Origin: Vulcanimicrobiota bacterium
Lineage (GTDB): Bacteria > Vulcanimicrobiota > Xenobia > Xenobiales > JADMJV01
Assembly: GCA_050250895.1 (NCBI GenBank)
Contig: JBFWNU010000001.1
Coordinates: 680,008 to 744,007 of the forward strand
Direction: 5' to 3'
Length of the DNA: 64,000 bases
Each line of letters begins with the position of its first letter. The stretch's first letter is position 1. This document shows positions 37,913 through 47,367 of the stretch, piece by piece. The position numbers were made by a program, and so were the translations under genes. Below the pieces are notes generated by a model. It had not been told where the DNA came from. It saw nothing but the letters and a program-made list of their open reading frames with translations, and did no database searches.

Positions 37913-40900
37913 TCACAAGCCTCCCGCTGGAGCGACTCCCAGTCGCTCGAGTTCCTTCTCTATTTTCTTCATGAAAGCTTCATTCCGCTTTTTGCTAGCA
38001 AACTGGTATCCCTCTTGAAGCTGTTGGATACTCTCGGGCTTCATCTTCATCCGCTCGAAAATCAGAGCCAGATTGAAACGGGCATTCAGATCGCCGGGAT
38101 CGATATCCAGACAACGCCGATAGGCATCGATGACCTGGTCCCATTTTCGCTTTTTCGAGTAGGCAACTCCCAGGTTGTAGTGGCTCTTGGAATCGGTCGG
38201 ATTGAGAGCGATGGCTTTCTGATAGGCCTCGATCGCTTCATCGAGGCGACCGGCCCCGGCATAAGCGATACCCAGATGACTGTGCGCCTCGGCCAGATAG
38301 GGGTCGAGCGCGATCGCCTTCTGAAGCACCTCGATAGCTCGCTCGAAGTCCCCCCCGCGAAAGGCGATCAGGCCCAGCTTGCTGAGATAGTCGGGTTCGC
38401 GAGGGTCGAGCCCGGCGGCCTGGCGATAAGCCTCGGCGGCGTTGTCCCACTGGCCCAGCTGCATATAGATCAAGCCCATGTCGGCGTGTGGCTGAGCCCA
38501 GCTCGGCTCGACCACCACCGCCAGTCGGAGATACTCGAGGGCTTGCTCGAAACGGCCCCGTCTCAGTAAGACATTGCCCAGGCCCGCTCGGGCCCGGCCG
38601 TTATGCTCGTCCATGCCGATGGCTCGCCGATAGTGAGACTCGGCCTGCTCCCAGCGGCGCAGAGCCGAAAAAGCGTCGCCCAGACGGGCATAGGTGTCCG
38701 GCCCGGGCTTGAGGCGAACCGCCTGTTCCATCGCCTTGACGGCCAGACTGTGGTCGCCCCGGCGCAGATGGGCCTCACCCACCTTGAGCTGCAGCTCGGC
38801 ATTGGTGGGGGCCAGATCGAGGGCGGCCTGATACTCTTCGATGGCCAGATCGAGGCGGTCGGTCTTTTCGTAGAGCAGGCCCAGCTCGACCCGAGCCAGG
38901 GCCAGATCGGGATAGTCCTCGAGCAGTTCGAGCAACTCGTGGATGGACTCTTCGGCATCGGCTACGCGAGCCATACAGATCGCCTTCTGGACTCGGATAG
39001 CCAACCGATTGGGGTCGAGCCGCATCGCGTCCTGGGTCTCTTGAAGAGCTAGCTCGACCTTGTGTTGCAGCAGATAGAGCCGGCCCAGATGATAACGCAG
39101 AGTGGCCTCGTCGGGATAGTGAACGGCAGCCACGGCCAACTCGTTCTCGGCTTGCTCCCAACGCTCGAGGTCGATCTGGATCAAAGCCCGGCGGAAGGCG
39201 ATGTCGCTAAACTCGGCCCCATGGTCATCGGCCGACAGCAGAGCCTCGTTACCCTCCTCGAGGCAACCCAGCGAATGCAACGAACACCCGAGAAAGTAGT
39301 AGAAGTCGCCCAGTTCGTCCTGGGGAGGCTCGAGCTCGAGAGCCCGGCGCAAGTGGGTGGATGCCTCGGAGTAGAAGCCTCGCTGGTAAAGGGTGCGGCC
39401 CAGGTAGCCATGAATGTCCCAGCGATCGCCTTCGACGCGCAAGGCCTGCCGATAGTAATCTTCAGCCCCGATCAAGTCGCCCAATTCGGCCAGGCTGCGA
39501 CCCAGGAAGTAGAGCGCGTCACAATGCTGCGGGTCGTGGCGCAGGCAGTTGCCCAGAGCCTCGCGAGCGTCTTCGACATTGGCGCTCAAGAAGTGGGTGT
39601 AACCCAGTTCGAAGTGGGACTCAGCCCGGGCCGGACGCAACTCGACAGCCCGCTCATAGTTGTCCAGCGATTGCTCGAGCAAACCCAGCTCGCGGCAAGT
39701 TTCGGCCAGGTCAAGCACGTATTCGAGATTGTTTTCGTCCCGTTCGACTGCCCCAGCCAGGAAACGGCGCGCTTCGTCCATCCGACCCAGGTCGCGCTCG
39801 ACCAGACCCGCCTCGTAGTAGTAGAGCGCCTGCCCATCGTCTTGCTCGACGGCCATTCGAAACTGGTCGCGGGCCGCTTCGTCATCACCGACTCGGCGCA
39901 AGGTCATGCCCAGACGGTAGCGGGCCTCGCCCCAATGAGAGTGGAGTTGGAGGGCGCGTCGATAGGCCTCCACCGCCAGGTCGGAAAGGTCGAGCGCCTC
40001 GTAGACCTGACCCAGATGAAAATGGGCGTCGTGGTTGCGCGGGTCGAGTTCGACCGAGCGTCGGATTTCCTCAGCCGCCAGGTCGTAACATTCGAGCGAA
40101 TGAAAGGCCATGCCCAGCGAGTAGCTGACGAAACTGTTGTGCGAGTTGAGTTCAAGCGCGCGCCGATAGCTGTCGATCGACTCTTCGTGGCGACCCATCC
40201 CTGACTGGGCCTGACCGATCCAATACCAGAGCTGGCTCTGGTCGGGGCTGATGGAGAGAGCTTTGCGGTAGTGGGAAATGGCCAGATCGAGCTTGTCGAG
40301 TTCGGCATAGGCCCGTCCCAGCGCCGAATAGAACTCGTGGTTCTCGGGATCGAGTGAAATGGCTTTCTGGTATCGTTTGATGGCCAGATCCAGGCGGCCC
40401 AGGCGAACGTAGGACAGGCCAAGGCGAAAATGGGCATCCGCCATCTCAGGAGCGAGGTCGATGGCCTTCTGATATTCTTTGTTGGCCTCGTCAAAATTGC
40501 CCAGCCGAGCATAGATGTTGCCGAATTCGAAGTGGCTATCCGGATTGTTGGGCTCGAGACCGACGGCCGTCTGGAACTCGAGCCGGGCGGCCGACAGATT
40601 GCCGAGCCGGGCGTACACCAGGCCTAGATTGTAGTGAACGTGGGAATCGTTGGGGTCCAGATCGACAGCTTTGCGAAACTCTTGCACCGCCAGGTCGAGG
40701 CGACCGGTCTGGAAGAAGGCGAGGCCCAAATTGTTGTGGGTGTAGGGGTCGTTGGGGTCGAGCCGGATGGCCTCTTTGTACTCGTTGATACAGGCCTCGA
40801 GATCGCCCAGGCGGGCGAAGGCACGACCTAGATTATAGTGGTAGTAAGAATCCATCGGCTCGAGCATGATGGCTCGCTGCAGATGAGAAATGGCCCCTTC

Positions 40901-41614
40901 CAGATCGTTGATCTGAGACAGTGCAAGCCCCAGGGCGTAGTGGGAGCGATGGTGGGCCGAATCTAGCTCGAGCGCCTTGCGATAGGCCTCGATAGCCTGC
41001 TCGTTCTTGCCCAGTTTGGAAAGGCACTGGCCCAGGTGAAACTGGGCCTCGGCGTTGCGCGGATCGAGTTCGATGACCTGGGTGAACTCTTCCACCGCCT
41101 TCTCGGTCTTGCCCTGGCGGAAATACACTTGCCCGAGGTTGTAACGCGCCTCGATGTTTTTAGGGTCGAGCTTGACCTGGCGCTGGAAGTCCTCGACCCC
41201 CTGCAGCCGCTCGAGTTCTTGTTGAATGCGCCGCTCGCCGGTGGAGTCGTTCTGGTTTTGAACAATCTTGAGGGCGACCTGAAGCTCGGTGATCGCCTTG
41301 TCGCGCTTGCCCAGCCTCTCGTAGGCCAGACCGAGGTTGTAGTGAGCCCGGACGAAATTGGGAACCAGCGCCAGCACCTCTTGCCACTCGCGCACCGCCA
41401 TGTCGAGATTGCCCTGACGAAAGTAAGCGGTGCCCATCTCGTAGTGACCCTGGACATGCTCAGGATTGAGCATGACCACCTTCTGGTACTCTCTGATAGC
41501 CGCGTCTAGACGGTTCTCATAAAGGTGCTGATTGCCCAGGCGATAGTGGTACTGGACCTCATCGGCCGCCGACATGGGACCAAAAGGATCTTGATTCGTT
41601 TGAGTACGATCCAA
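37913..41614 (-). CDS. Giant TPR-repeat protein (1233 aa, roughly 30+ TPRs)
   Basis: Continuous canonical TPRs (AHYNLG..Y...G....A...Y.KA..LDP). TTG start after AGGAG. No signal peptide. Confidence 0.93.
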   Translation of the reverse strand: MDRTQTNQDPFGPMSAADEVQYHYRLGNQHLYENRLDAAIREYQKVVMLNPEHVQGHYEMGTAYFRQGNLDMAVREWQEVLALVPNFVRAHYNLGLAYERLGKRDKAITELQVALKIVQNQNDSTGERRIQQELERLQGVEDFQRQVKLDPKNIEARYNLGQVYFRQGKTEKAVEEFTQVIELDPRNAEAQFHLGQCLSKLGKNEQAIEAYRKALELDSAHHRSHYALGLALSQINDLEGAISHLQRAIMLEPMDSYYHYNLGRAFARLGDLEACINEYKEAIRLDPNDPYTHNNLGLAFFQTGRLDLAVQEFRKAVDLDPNDSHVHYNLGLVYARLGNLSAARLEFQTAVGLEPNNPDSHFEFGNIYARLGNFDEANKEYQKAIDLAPEMADAHFRLGLSYVRLGRLDLAIKRYQKAISLDPENHEFYSALGRAYAELDKLDLAISHYRKALSISPDQSQLWYWIGQAQSGMGRHEESIDSYRRALELNSHNSFVSYSLGMAFHSLECYDLAAEEIRRSVELDPRNHDAHFHLGQVYEALDLSDLAVEAYRRALQLHSHWGEARYRLGMTLRRVGDDEAARDQFRMAVEQDDGQALYYYEAGLVERDLGRMDEARRFLAGAVERDENNLEYVLDLAETCRELGLLEQSLDNYERAVELRPARAESHFELGYTHFLSANVEDAREALGNCLRHDPQHCDALYFLGRSLAELGDLIGAEDYYRQALRVEGDRWDIHGYLGRTLYQRGFYSEASTHLRRALELEPPQDELGDFYYFLGCSLHSLGCLEEGNEALLSADDHGAEFSDIAFRRALIQIDLERWEQAENELAVAAVHYPDEATLRYHLGRLYLLQHKVELALQETQDAMRLDPNRLAIRVQKAICMARVADAEESIHELLELLEDYPDLALARVELGLLYEKTDRLDLAIEEYQAALDLAPTNAELQLKVGEAHLRRGDHSLAVKAMEQAVRLKPGPDTYARLGDAFSALRRWEQAESHYRRAIGMDEHNGRARAGLGNVLLRRGRFEQALEYLRLAVVVEPSWAQPHADMGLIYMQLGQWDNAAEAYRQAAGLDPREPDYLSKLGLIAFRGGDFERAIEVLQKAIALDPYLAEAHSHLGIAYAGAGRLDEAIEAYQKAIALNPTDSKSHYNLGVAYSKKRKWDQVIDAYRRCLDIDPGDLNARFNLALIFERMKMKPESIQQLQEGYQFASKKRNEAFMKKIEKELERLGVAPAGGL

Positions 41615-41751
41615 CCTTTACGCTCCTTTTCGCGGTCCCGAAGTCGTTCGATGGTATCATCAGGTTGACCGGAACGCGGCAGAGTTGGACATCTGGAAGA
41701 TATATTCCTGGTTCACGGGACTGAACTGTCCGCCCAGCGAAACTAGTCGCG

Positions 41752-42963
41752 GTGAAACGGCGCAAAGGCGAACCGGGCGCGTGGAAATCAGCCCTCAAGT
41801 ATGTCCTGGGACGCGGCACGGAGCTTACTCTGGCGGCCATGGCGGTGGCCCTCTTCCTGGTGGCCACCAACACCCAGACGGGCTGGCTTTATCTGGTCTG
41901 CGCTGTCCTGGTCGGACTGCTAGCCCTGGGATTTATCAGCTCACGACGCCAGATTCGAGGACTCAAGCTCAGCTGTCGCCTCATCGGCAGCCAACAGGTG
42001 GGCCAGCCCGCCCGCCTCGAGGTGACCATCGAGAACCCCGGCCCGCGCCGGCGCTATCACCTGGTCGTGTCGCGGGAGGTCCAGCCCTGGGAAGTGAACC
42101 CCGCCCCCCAGCATCGGCTGCTCGAATCGCTCGAACCGGGCCAGCAAGGTTCGGTGGTTCTTTCGGCCAGGCCGGCGGTTAGAGGCCAGCACCGCTTTCG
42201 GGGTGTGACCGTCACAAGCTCGGCTCCGCTCGGTTATTTTCCCGCCAGCCTGACGGCCCCAGCTAGCCGGTCCTTCACCGTCTATCCCGAGACCATCGAA
42301 CTGCCCGGCCGCGCCACGGTAGCCGAGGGAACCCGCTTCAGCGCGCCCGAGGCCTCCGCCCGCCAGGCTGGCTCAAGCCAGGATTTGCGCCGTCTGCGCG
42401 ACTATGAGCAAGGCGAGGATCGGCGTTTTGTTCACTGGCCCTCGAGCGCTCGCACGGGACAACTGATGGTGAGAGAGTTCAGCCGACCGCTGTCCCCGGG
42501 TCTGGTGATGGTGCTGGCCAACCTCGAAGGCAGCCAGGTCGGAGACTACCCGGACACCGCGTTCGAATGGGCCATCAAATTCGCCGCCTCATTGGCGGTC
42601 CGCCAACAGCGCCAGGGGCAAGCGGTGGTCTTGCTGACCATGGACGGAGCCGCCTGGCAACGGCACGAAGGCCTGACCGGGGTGCTCGAACGCCTGGCTT
42701 TGCTTGAAGACAATGGGCCCGGTCGCTGGGAAGCGGTGCCCGTGCCCCCCCTCGGCAGCAGCGAACAAACCTTGCTGTTGACCGTCGTTCCGGCCACGCC
42801 GGCTGCGACCCGACGGCTGAGGGCGGCCCGCCTGGTGATGTTTCAAGCCGGCCTGCCGACGGCCCCCTTCCGGGCGGTCGACTATGAGCAAGCCCGAAGC
42901 CAGCTAAGCCAGTTGCGCCCTCGCCTGTGGCAGCCAGACCAACCCCTCGAGGCCCTGGCATGA
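41752..42963 (+). CDS. DUF58 family protein
   Basis: Two N-terminal TMs (ATNTQTGWLY), RG, APLG, VYP, LRDYEQGEDRRFVHWPSSARTGQLMVREF, FEWAI..AASL. Confidence 0.9.
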   Translation: MKRRKGEPGAWKSALKYVLGRGTELTLAAMAVALFLVATNTQTGWLYLVCAVLVGLLALGFISSRRQIRGLKLSCRLIGSQQVGQPARLEVTIENPGPRRRYHLVVSREVQPWEVNPAPQHRLLESLEPGQQGSVVLSARPAVRGQHRFRGVTVTSSAPLGYFPASLTAPASRSFTVYPETIELPGRATVAEGTRFSAPEASARQAGSSQDLRRLRDYEQGEDRRFVHWPSSARTGQLMVREFSRPLSPGLVMVLANLEGSQVGDYPDTAFEWAIKFAASLAVRQQRQGQAVVLLTMDGAAWQRHEGLTGVLERLALLEDNGPGRWEAVPVPPLGSSEQTLLLTVVPATPAATRRLRAARLVMFQAGLPTAPFRAVDYEQARSQLSQLRPRLWQPDQPLEALA

Positions 42964-45077
42964 ACCCCCTCAAAGGGTGGATCGACTTTCTCAAGCGCCA
43001 GAAAGCGCGAGCCGAAGACTCGACTTCTTTCCGGGCGGCCGTGGCTTTGCTGGTGTTGGTGGCCCTGCTGGCGGTCTGCCATCAGCTCGAGTGGCCCGCC
43101 TACGGATGGGTGGCCATCGGCCTGACCCTACCTGGCTTCCTGTTCAGCCACTTTCGACGCCGCGAGAACAATTGGTGGGTCAAGGCCATTTTGTCGATAC
43201 TCATGCTCATGACCTTGTTCAACTTCTTCCGCAGCCTGGCTCAGACTTTGTGGGACCCGCGCATTCCCCTGGCCGAACTGCTCATCTGGCTGCAAACCTT
43301 GCACAGCTGGGACTTACCGGCCCGAAAAGACCTGAATTACTCGATGCTGGTAGCGCTGATCCTCATCTCGATGGGGGCGGTGTTGACGACCCTGATGACC
43401 TATCTGGCTTACCTGAGCCTCTTTGTCATCCTGGCCGTGACGGCCATTCACTACGACCATCTTTCGCGTTTGCGCCAGCTGACCGGGCTAGAACTGCTCC
43501 ATCTCGAACCCCGTCCCCCTCAACTCGCCGGCCAGATCGGTCGAAGCCTGGCCGCTCTGCTGCTGGTGGGAGGTCTGGCGCTGGCGATGATGCCGCGCTA
43601 TGAGAGTATGCGCCTGCGCACGCTGCCCGTCAGCTGGCAGCAGCGCCTCGAGATGACCCCGCTCAGTCAAGGCCAGGTCGTCAACCCGTCTTATCCCAAC
43701 GGCGTGCGTGACCCCCAGGGCGGGCGCGCCAGCTTCTCGGCCGACAACTATCACGGATTCAACACGTCGGTCGACCTCAACATGCGCGGTCGGCTTGACG
43801 ACTCGGTGGTCATGAAGGTGCGCACCTCTCGTTTTACTTACTATCGAGGCCTGACCTTCGATATCTACGACGGCCATTTCTGGACCCAGAAGATCCACGA
43901 CTTCGAAGAGCTCACCGCCGCCGAGCCACCCATCATGATACCCCGAAACGACTCGGGCCGGCGCGAAAAGGTGCAGATCTTCTACGTCGAAAAGCGACTT
44001 CCCAACATTATCTTCGCCGGCCTCAATCCCCACCAGCTCTACTTCCCTTCCACCAGCATCTATGCCGTTCCGGCGGTCCCCCGCCGCCGCATTCGCGACT
44101 ACACCGGCGGCCTGCGCTCCCCCTTTGCCCTCGAGCCCGGCACCGTCTACTCGGTCATCTCCTACGAACCCACGCTGGGACCCGACGCCCTACGGCGCTT
44201 ACCCCAGCGCGACCCGGTCCTCAAAGCCTATCAACAATACCTGCAGCTACCCGACGAACTTCCCGAACGCACCCGCCAACTGGCCCTCGAGTTGACCCGC
44301 CAGGCCGACTCGTCCTGGGGCAAGGCCACGGCCATCGCCGGGTATCTCCAAAACCATTACACCTATAGCCTGGACATCCCGCGCTATCCCGATCAGGCCG
44401 ACACGGCCGACTACTTCTTGTTCGAGAGCAAAGCCGGCTATTGCGAGCAGTTCGCCACCGCCATGGTGGTCCTGTGCCGCGCGGCCGGCCTGCGGGCCCG
44501 CTATGTGAACGGCTACCTGCCCGGCACCTACAACCCTTTGACCGGTTTCTACGAAGTCAAGGGCACCGATGCCCACGCCTGGGTCGAAGTCTTCATCCCC
44601 AGCCTGGGGTGGCTGACTTTCGACCCTACCCCCGGGGCCACGGTCACCCCCGAACTCGGCGACAACCAGGCCCGGGGCTGGCTGATCCTGAGTCTGCTGG
44701 CCTATCTCGGAATAGGTCGGCAGGCGGCCCTATGGGTTTGCCTGGCGGCCGGGCTGCTGGGGAGCGGCTGGCTGCTTCTGCAATGGAGGCCCCGCTCCAG
44801 GCCGGACCCGACCCCCCAGGGCCAGATCCGAGCGCTCTACCAGCGGGCCCTGGAAAGCCTGGCCAAGCACGGCCATTCCCGACTCCCCGGCCAAACGCCC
44901 CGGGCCTTCCTGGCCGAAAATCCCTGGCCCGGGCTAGAACGGCTCACCCAACTGTTCGAGCAGGCCAGTTGGGGCAGCCAGCTACCGTCTTCCCAGGAGG
45001 TCGAGGGAGCCAGGGCCGCCCTGGCCAGCCTCAAGTCCGAACTTCGCCAGGCTGGCAGGCAAGATACTGCTTCATAG
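42960..45077 (+). CDS. TgpA-like transglutaminase-domain membrane protein (DUF3488 + transglutaminase + DUF4129-like)
   Basis: Several TMs, YYRGLTFD.YDG, GYCEQFATAM, HAWVEV, GWLTFDPTP, QTPRAF tail. ATGA overlap with the DUF58 gene. Confidence 0.9.
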   Translation: MNPLKGWIDFLKRQKARAEDSTSFRAAVALLVLVALLAVCHQLEWPAYGWVAIGLTLPGFLFSHFRRRENNWWVKAILSILMLMTLFNFFRSLAQTLWDPRIPLAELLIWLQTLHSWDLPARKDLNYSMLVALILISMGAVLTTLMTYLAYLSLFVILAVTAIHYDHLSRLRQLTGLELLHLEPRPPQLAGQIGRSLAALLLVGGLALAMMPRYESMRLRTLPVSWQQRLEMTPLSQGQVVNPSYPNGVRDPQGGRASFSADNYHGFNTSVDLNMRGRLDDSVVMKVRTSRFTYYRGLTFDIYDGHFWTQKIHDFEELTAAEPPIMIPRNDSGRREKVQIFYVEKRLPNIIFAGLNPHQLYFPSTSIYAVPAVPRRRIRDYTGGLRSPFALEPGTVYSVISYEPTLGPDALRRLPQRDPVLKAYQQYLQLPDELPERTRQLALELTRQADSSWGKATAIAGYLQNHYTYSLDIPRYPDQADTADYFLFESKAGYCEQFATAMVVLCRAAGLRARYVNGYLPGTYNPLTGFYEVKGTDAHAWVEVFIPSLGWLTFDPTPGATVTPELGDNQARGWLILSLLAYLGIGRQAALWVCLAAGLLGSGWLLLQWRPRSRPDPTPQGQIRALYQRALESLAKHGHSRLPGQTPRAFLAENPWPGLERLTQLFEQASWGSQLPSSQEVEGARAALASLKSELRQAGRQDTAS

Positions 45078-45096
45078 GGAAACCTCGCCAGTCGAG

Positions 45097-46680
45097 ATGA
45101 AAAGCTCACTTGGCTATATCGCTCTCCTGCTATGGCTTCTGGTCGCATGCCTACCGGCCCTGGCCCAGGATAACGAGCCAGAACCACTCGCCGAGCCGCC
45201 CGACCTTCAGCAGCCCGCTCCGCTACTGACCGTCAAACAGATCGTGGTGGTGGGCAACACGCTGTTGCCCGAAGCCGCAATCCGTCAGGCCGTAGCCCCA
45301 TACGAGGGCCGCGAACTCGACTTCGAAGAACTCTCGGAAGTGGTCGACGTGCTGGAAGAGCTCTACCATGAAAAGGGCTACTTTCTCATGCGGGCCATCT
45401 TGCCAGCCCAAAAACCGCTCGAGGGAAAAGTCGAGGTGCAGGTTTTCGAGGGCCGCATCATGGGGGTGGTGACCGAGAACAACCAGCGTTACCCCGACCA
45501 GTTCCTGATCGACCATTTTCAGGCCCATCTGCCCACTTCGGGCTATCAGCAAGAAGACTTCCAAAAGTCGCTGATGCTGCTCAACGAGCTACCCGACCTG
45601 GGCGTCAAGGCTGTTTTTCGCCCCGGCAGCTCGCCGGGCTCGACCGAGGTGGTGCTCCAGGCCGCCGAGGACAAGCAATTTCACCTCGGACTCGACTACA
45701 ACAACTTTGGTACTCGCCTGACGGGCGAGCATCGAGCCGGCCTGACCGGCGACCTCAGCAACGCCATCACCCCCGGAGACCGCTTCCTGGTCCGATCCGT
45801 GTTCGGCTTTCCGTCCGAAAACACGGCCTTCATCCAGTCGGCCTACTCGTTTCCGGTGGGCGACCTCGGCACGCGCCTGGGATTCGGCTACGCCAACGGT
45901 AGCTACACGGCCGGACGGGAAGTGGCCATCCTGGATATCCGCGGCGCGGCCAATGTCTACTCTCTATCCGTAGAACACCCGCTGGCCCGCTCGCTGACCC
46001 ACAGTTCCGACGTCTTCCTCAATCTCTCTTATAACGATATCGATAACACCATCCTCGGCCTGCCCCTATCCAACGATTTCTACACCGCCGCCAACCTGGG
46101 CTACCGCGCGTCGTGGCGGGACACCAGCGGGCGCTCGCTACTGCGAACCAGTTTGACCCAGGGACTCGGCGGGATCGCTGCCGGAGACCCCCGCACCAGC
46201 CGGGCCGGAGCCGGGGCAGACTTCTTCAAAGCCAACTTAGACCTGGCCCGAATCCACGAAATCAACCCCAGTATGTTCGGCATCCTGCGGGGTACCCTCC
46301 AGTATTCGGGCACGCCTCTGTTCTCGGCTGAGCAGTTCGCCCTGGGCGGCCCCGACACGGTGCGCGGCTTTGGCCAGGCTGAAGCCCTGGGCGATCAGGC
46401 CTATAACCTGACCGCCGAACTGCGCTGGTCGCCTTTGGAAGAACAAAAGGATCTTTTTCAAACGGTCTTTTTTGTCGATCATGGCGGAATCGTCCGCAAA
46501 AACCCCCAACCCGGAGAAAAAGGCAGCCTCCACCTTACCGGAGCCGGCATCGGCTTCCGCCTCAATCCTGACGACGGCCGCACCCGAGTCAGACTGGACC
46601 TGGGTTTCCCCATCGCTCCTGGCCGCAACGCCCGTGGTAATTCGCCGGTGATCTACGGCCAGGTGCAAACCCGTTTCTAA
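45097..46680 (+). CDS. ShlB/FhaC/HecB (TpsB) outer-membrane transporter
   Basis: Signal peptide ALA|Q, POTRA (GNT..., LY.EKGY), DYNNFG...G, EQFALGGPDTVRGF, C-terminal Phe. Confidence 0.9.
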   Translation: MKSSLGYIALLLWLLVACLPALAQDNEPEPLAEPPDLQQPAPLLTVKQIVVVGNTLLPEAAIRQAVAPYEGRELDFEELSEVVDVLEELYHEKGYFLMRAILPAQKPLEGKVEVQVFEGRIMGVVTENNQRYPDQFLIDHFQAHLPTSGYQQEDFQKSLMLLNELPDLGVKAVFRPGSSPGSTEVVLQAAEDKQFHLGLDYNNFGTRLTGEHRAGLTGDLSNAITPGDRFLVRSVFGFPSENTAFIQSAYSFPVGDLGTRLGFGYANGSYTAGREVAILDIRGAANVYSLSVEHPLARSLTHSSDVFLNLSYNDIDNTILGLPLSNDFYTAANLGYRASWRDTSGRSLLRTSLTQGLGGIAAGDPRTSRAGAGADFFKANLDLARIHEINPSMFGILRGTLQYSGTPLFSAEQFALGGPDTVRGFGQAEALGDQAYNLTAELRWSPLEEQKDLFQTVFFVDHGGIVRKNPQPGEKGSLHLTGAGIGFRLNPDDGRTRVRLDLGFPIAPGRNARGNSPVIYGQVQTRF

Positions 46681-46752
46681 AAAAAGGGTCAAACGGGTAG
46701 GAGGGTCGAAGAATCAGGGACTAAAACACAAAAAAGGTCGGAGTGGTTACAC

Positions 46753-47358
46753 ATGGGAAATCGAACAAAGTGGGCCTGGGCGCTTGCCCTGGCTGTCACG
46801 CTCACCGTGGCAGCGTTCACCCCTAAGCTCAGCGAGGCTTCGACTGCTCGCGAGTATGCGTTAAAAGCGGGGTATCTGTTCAAATTCCTTCATCTAGTCG
46901 AGTGGCCCAACGAGGGCCAGCGGCCCAACTTTGTGATTGCGGTGGTCGGTCCCGGACCGTTCGGCCCGTCGCTCGATGATCTCTCGGGCAAGGTCGTGCG
47001 CGGCAAGACCATCCGGCTGAGCACCTTCGACAAGGTCCCGAACCCGGCTCCCACCGAGCAGGTCATCCTGTTCGTGGACCGGGCCAATCAGGAAAAGTTC
47101 GCCCCCATCCGGCAGCGTCTGGAGAAGATGAACGTCCTGACCGTCGGCGAAGGAGCTAAATTCGCCGAAGAGGGTGGCTGCATCAACCTGGTGACCGTCA
47201 AGAACCGCGTTCGCTTCCGCATGAATGTCGACGCTGTCCGTCGGGCCAACTTGAAGGTCAGCCCCAAACTCGTCGAGGTTGCTTCGGTGCTGGTGACCGA
47301 CAAGGGCGAGCAGGCTAGCATGGAAGAGTACCAGGACATCCTGGCCTTCAACTTGTAG
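46753..47358 (+). CDS. YfiR/HmsC (DUF4154) periplasmic regulator
   Basis: Signal peptide, EYALKAGYLFKFLHLVEWP, VLTVGE..FAEEGGCINL, RFRMN, LKVSPKL. Confidence 0.88.
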   Translation: MGNRTKWAWALALAVTLTVAAFTPKLSEASTAREYALKAGYLFKFLHLVEWPNEGQRPNFVIAVVGPGPFGPSLDDLSGKVVRGKTIRLSTFDKVPNPAPTEQVILFVDRANQEKFAPIRQRLEKMNVLTVGEGAKFAEEGGCINLVTVKNRVRFRMNVDAVRRANLKVSPKLVEVASVLVTDKGEQASMEEYQDILAFNL

Positions 47359-47367
47359 CTCTCCGCT

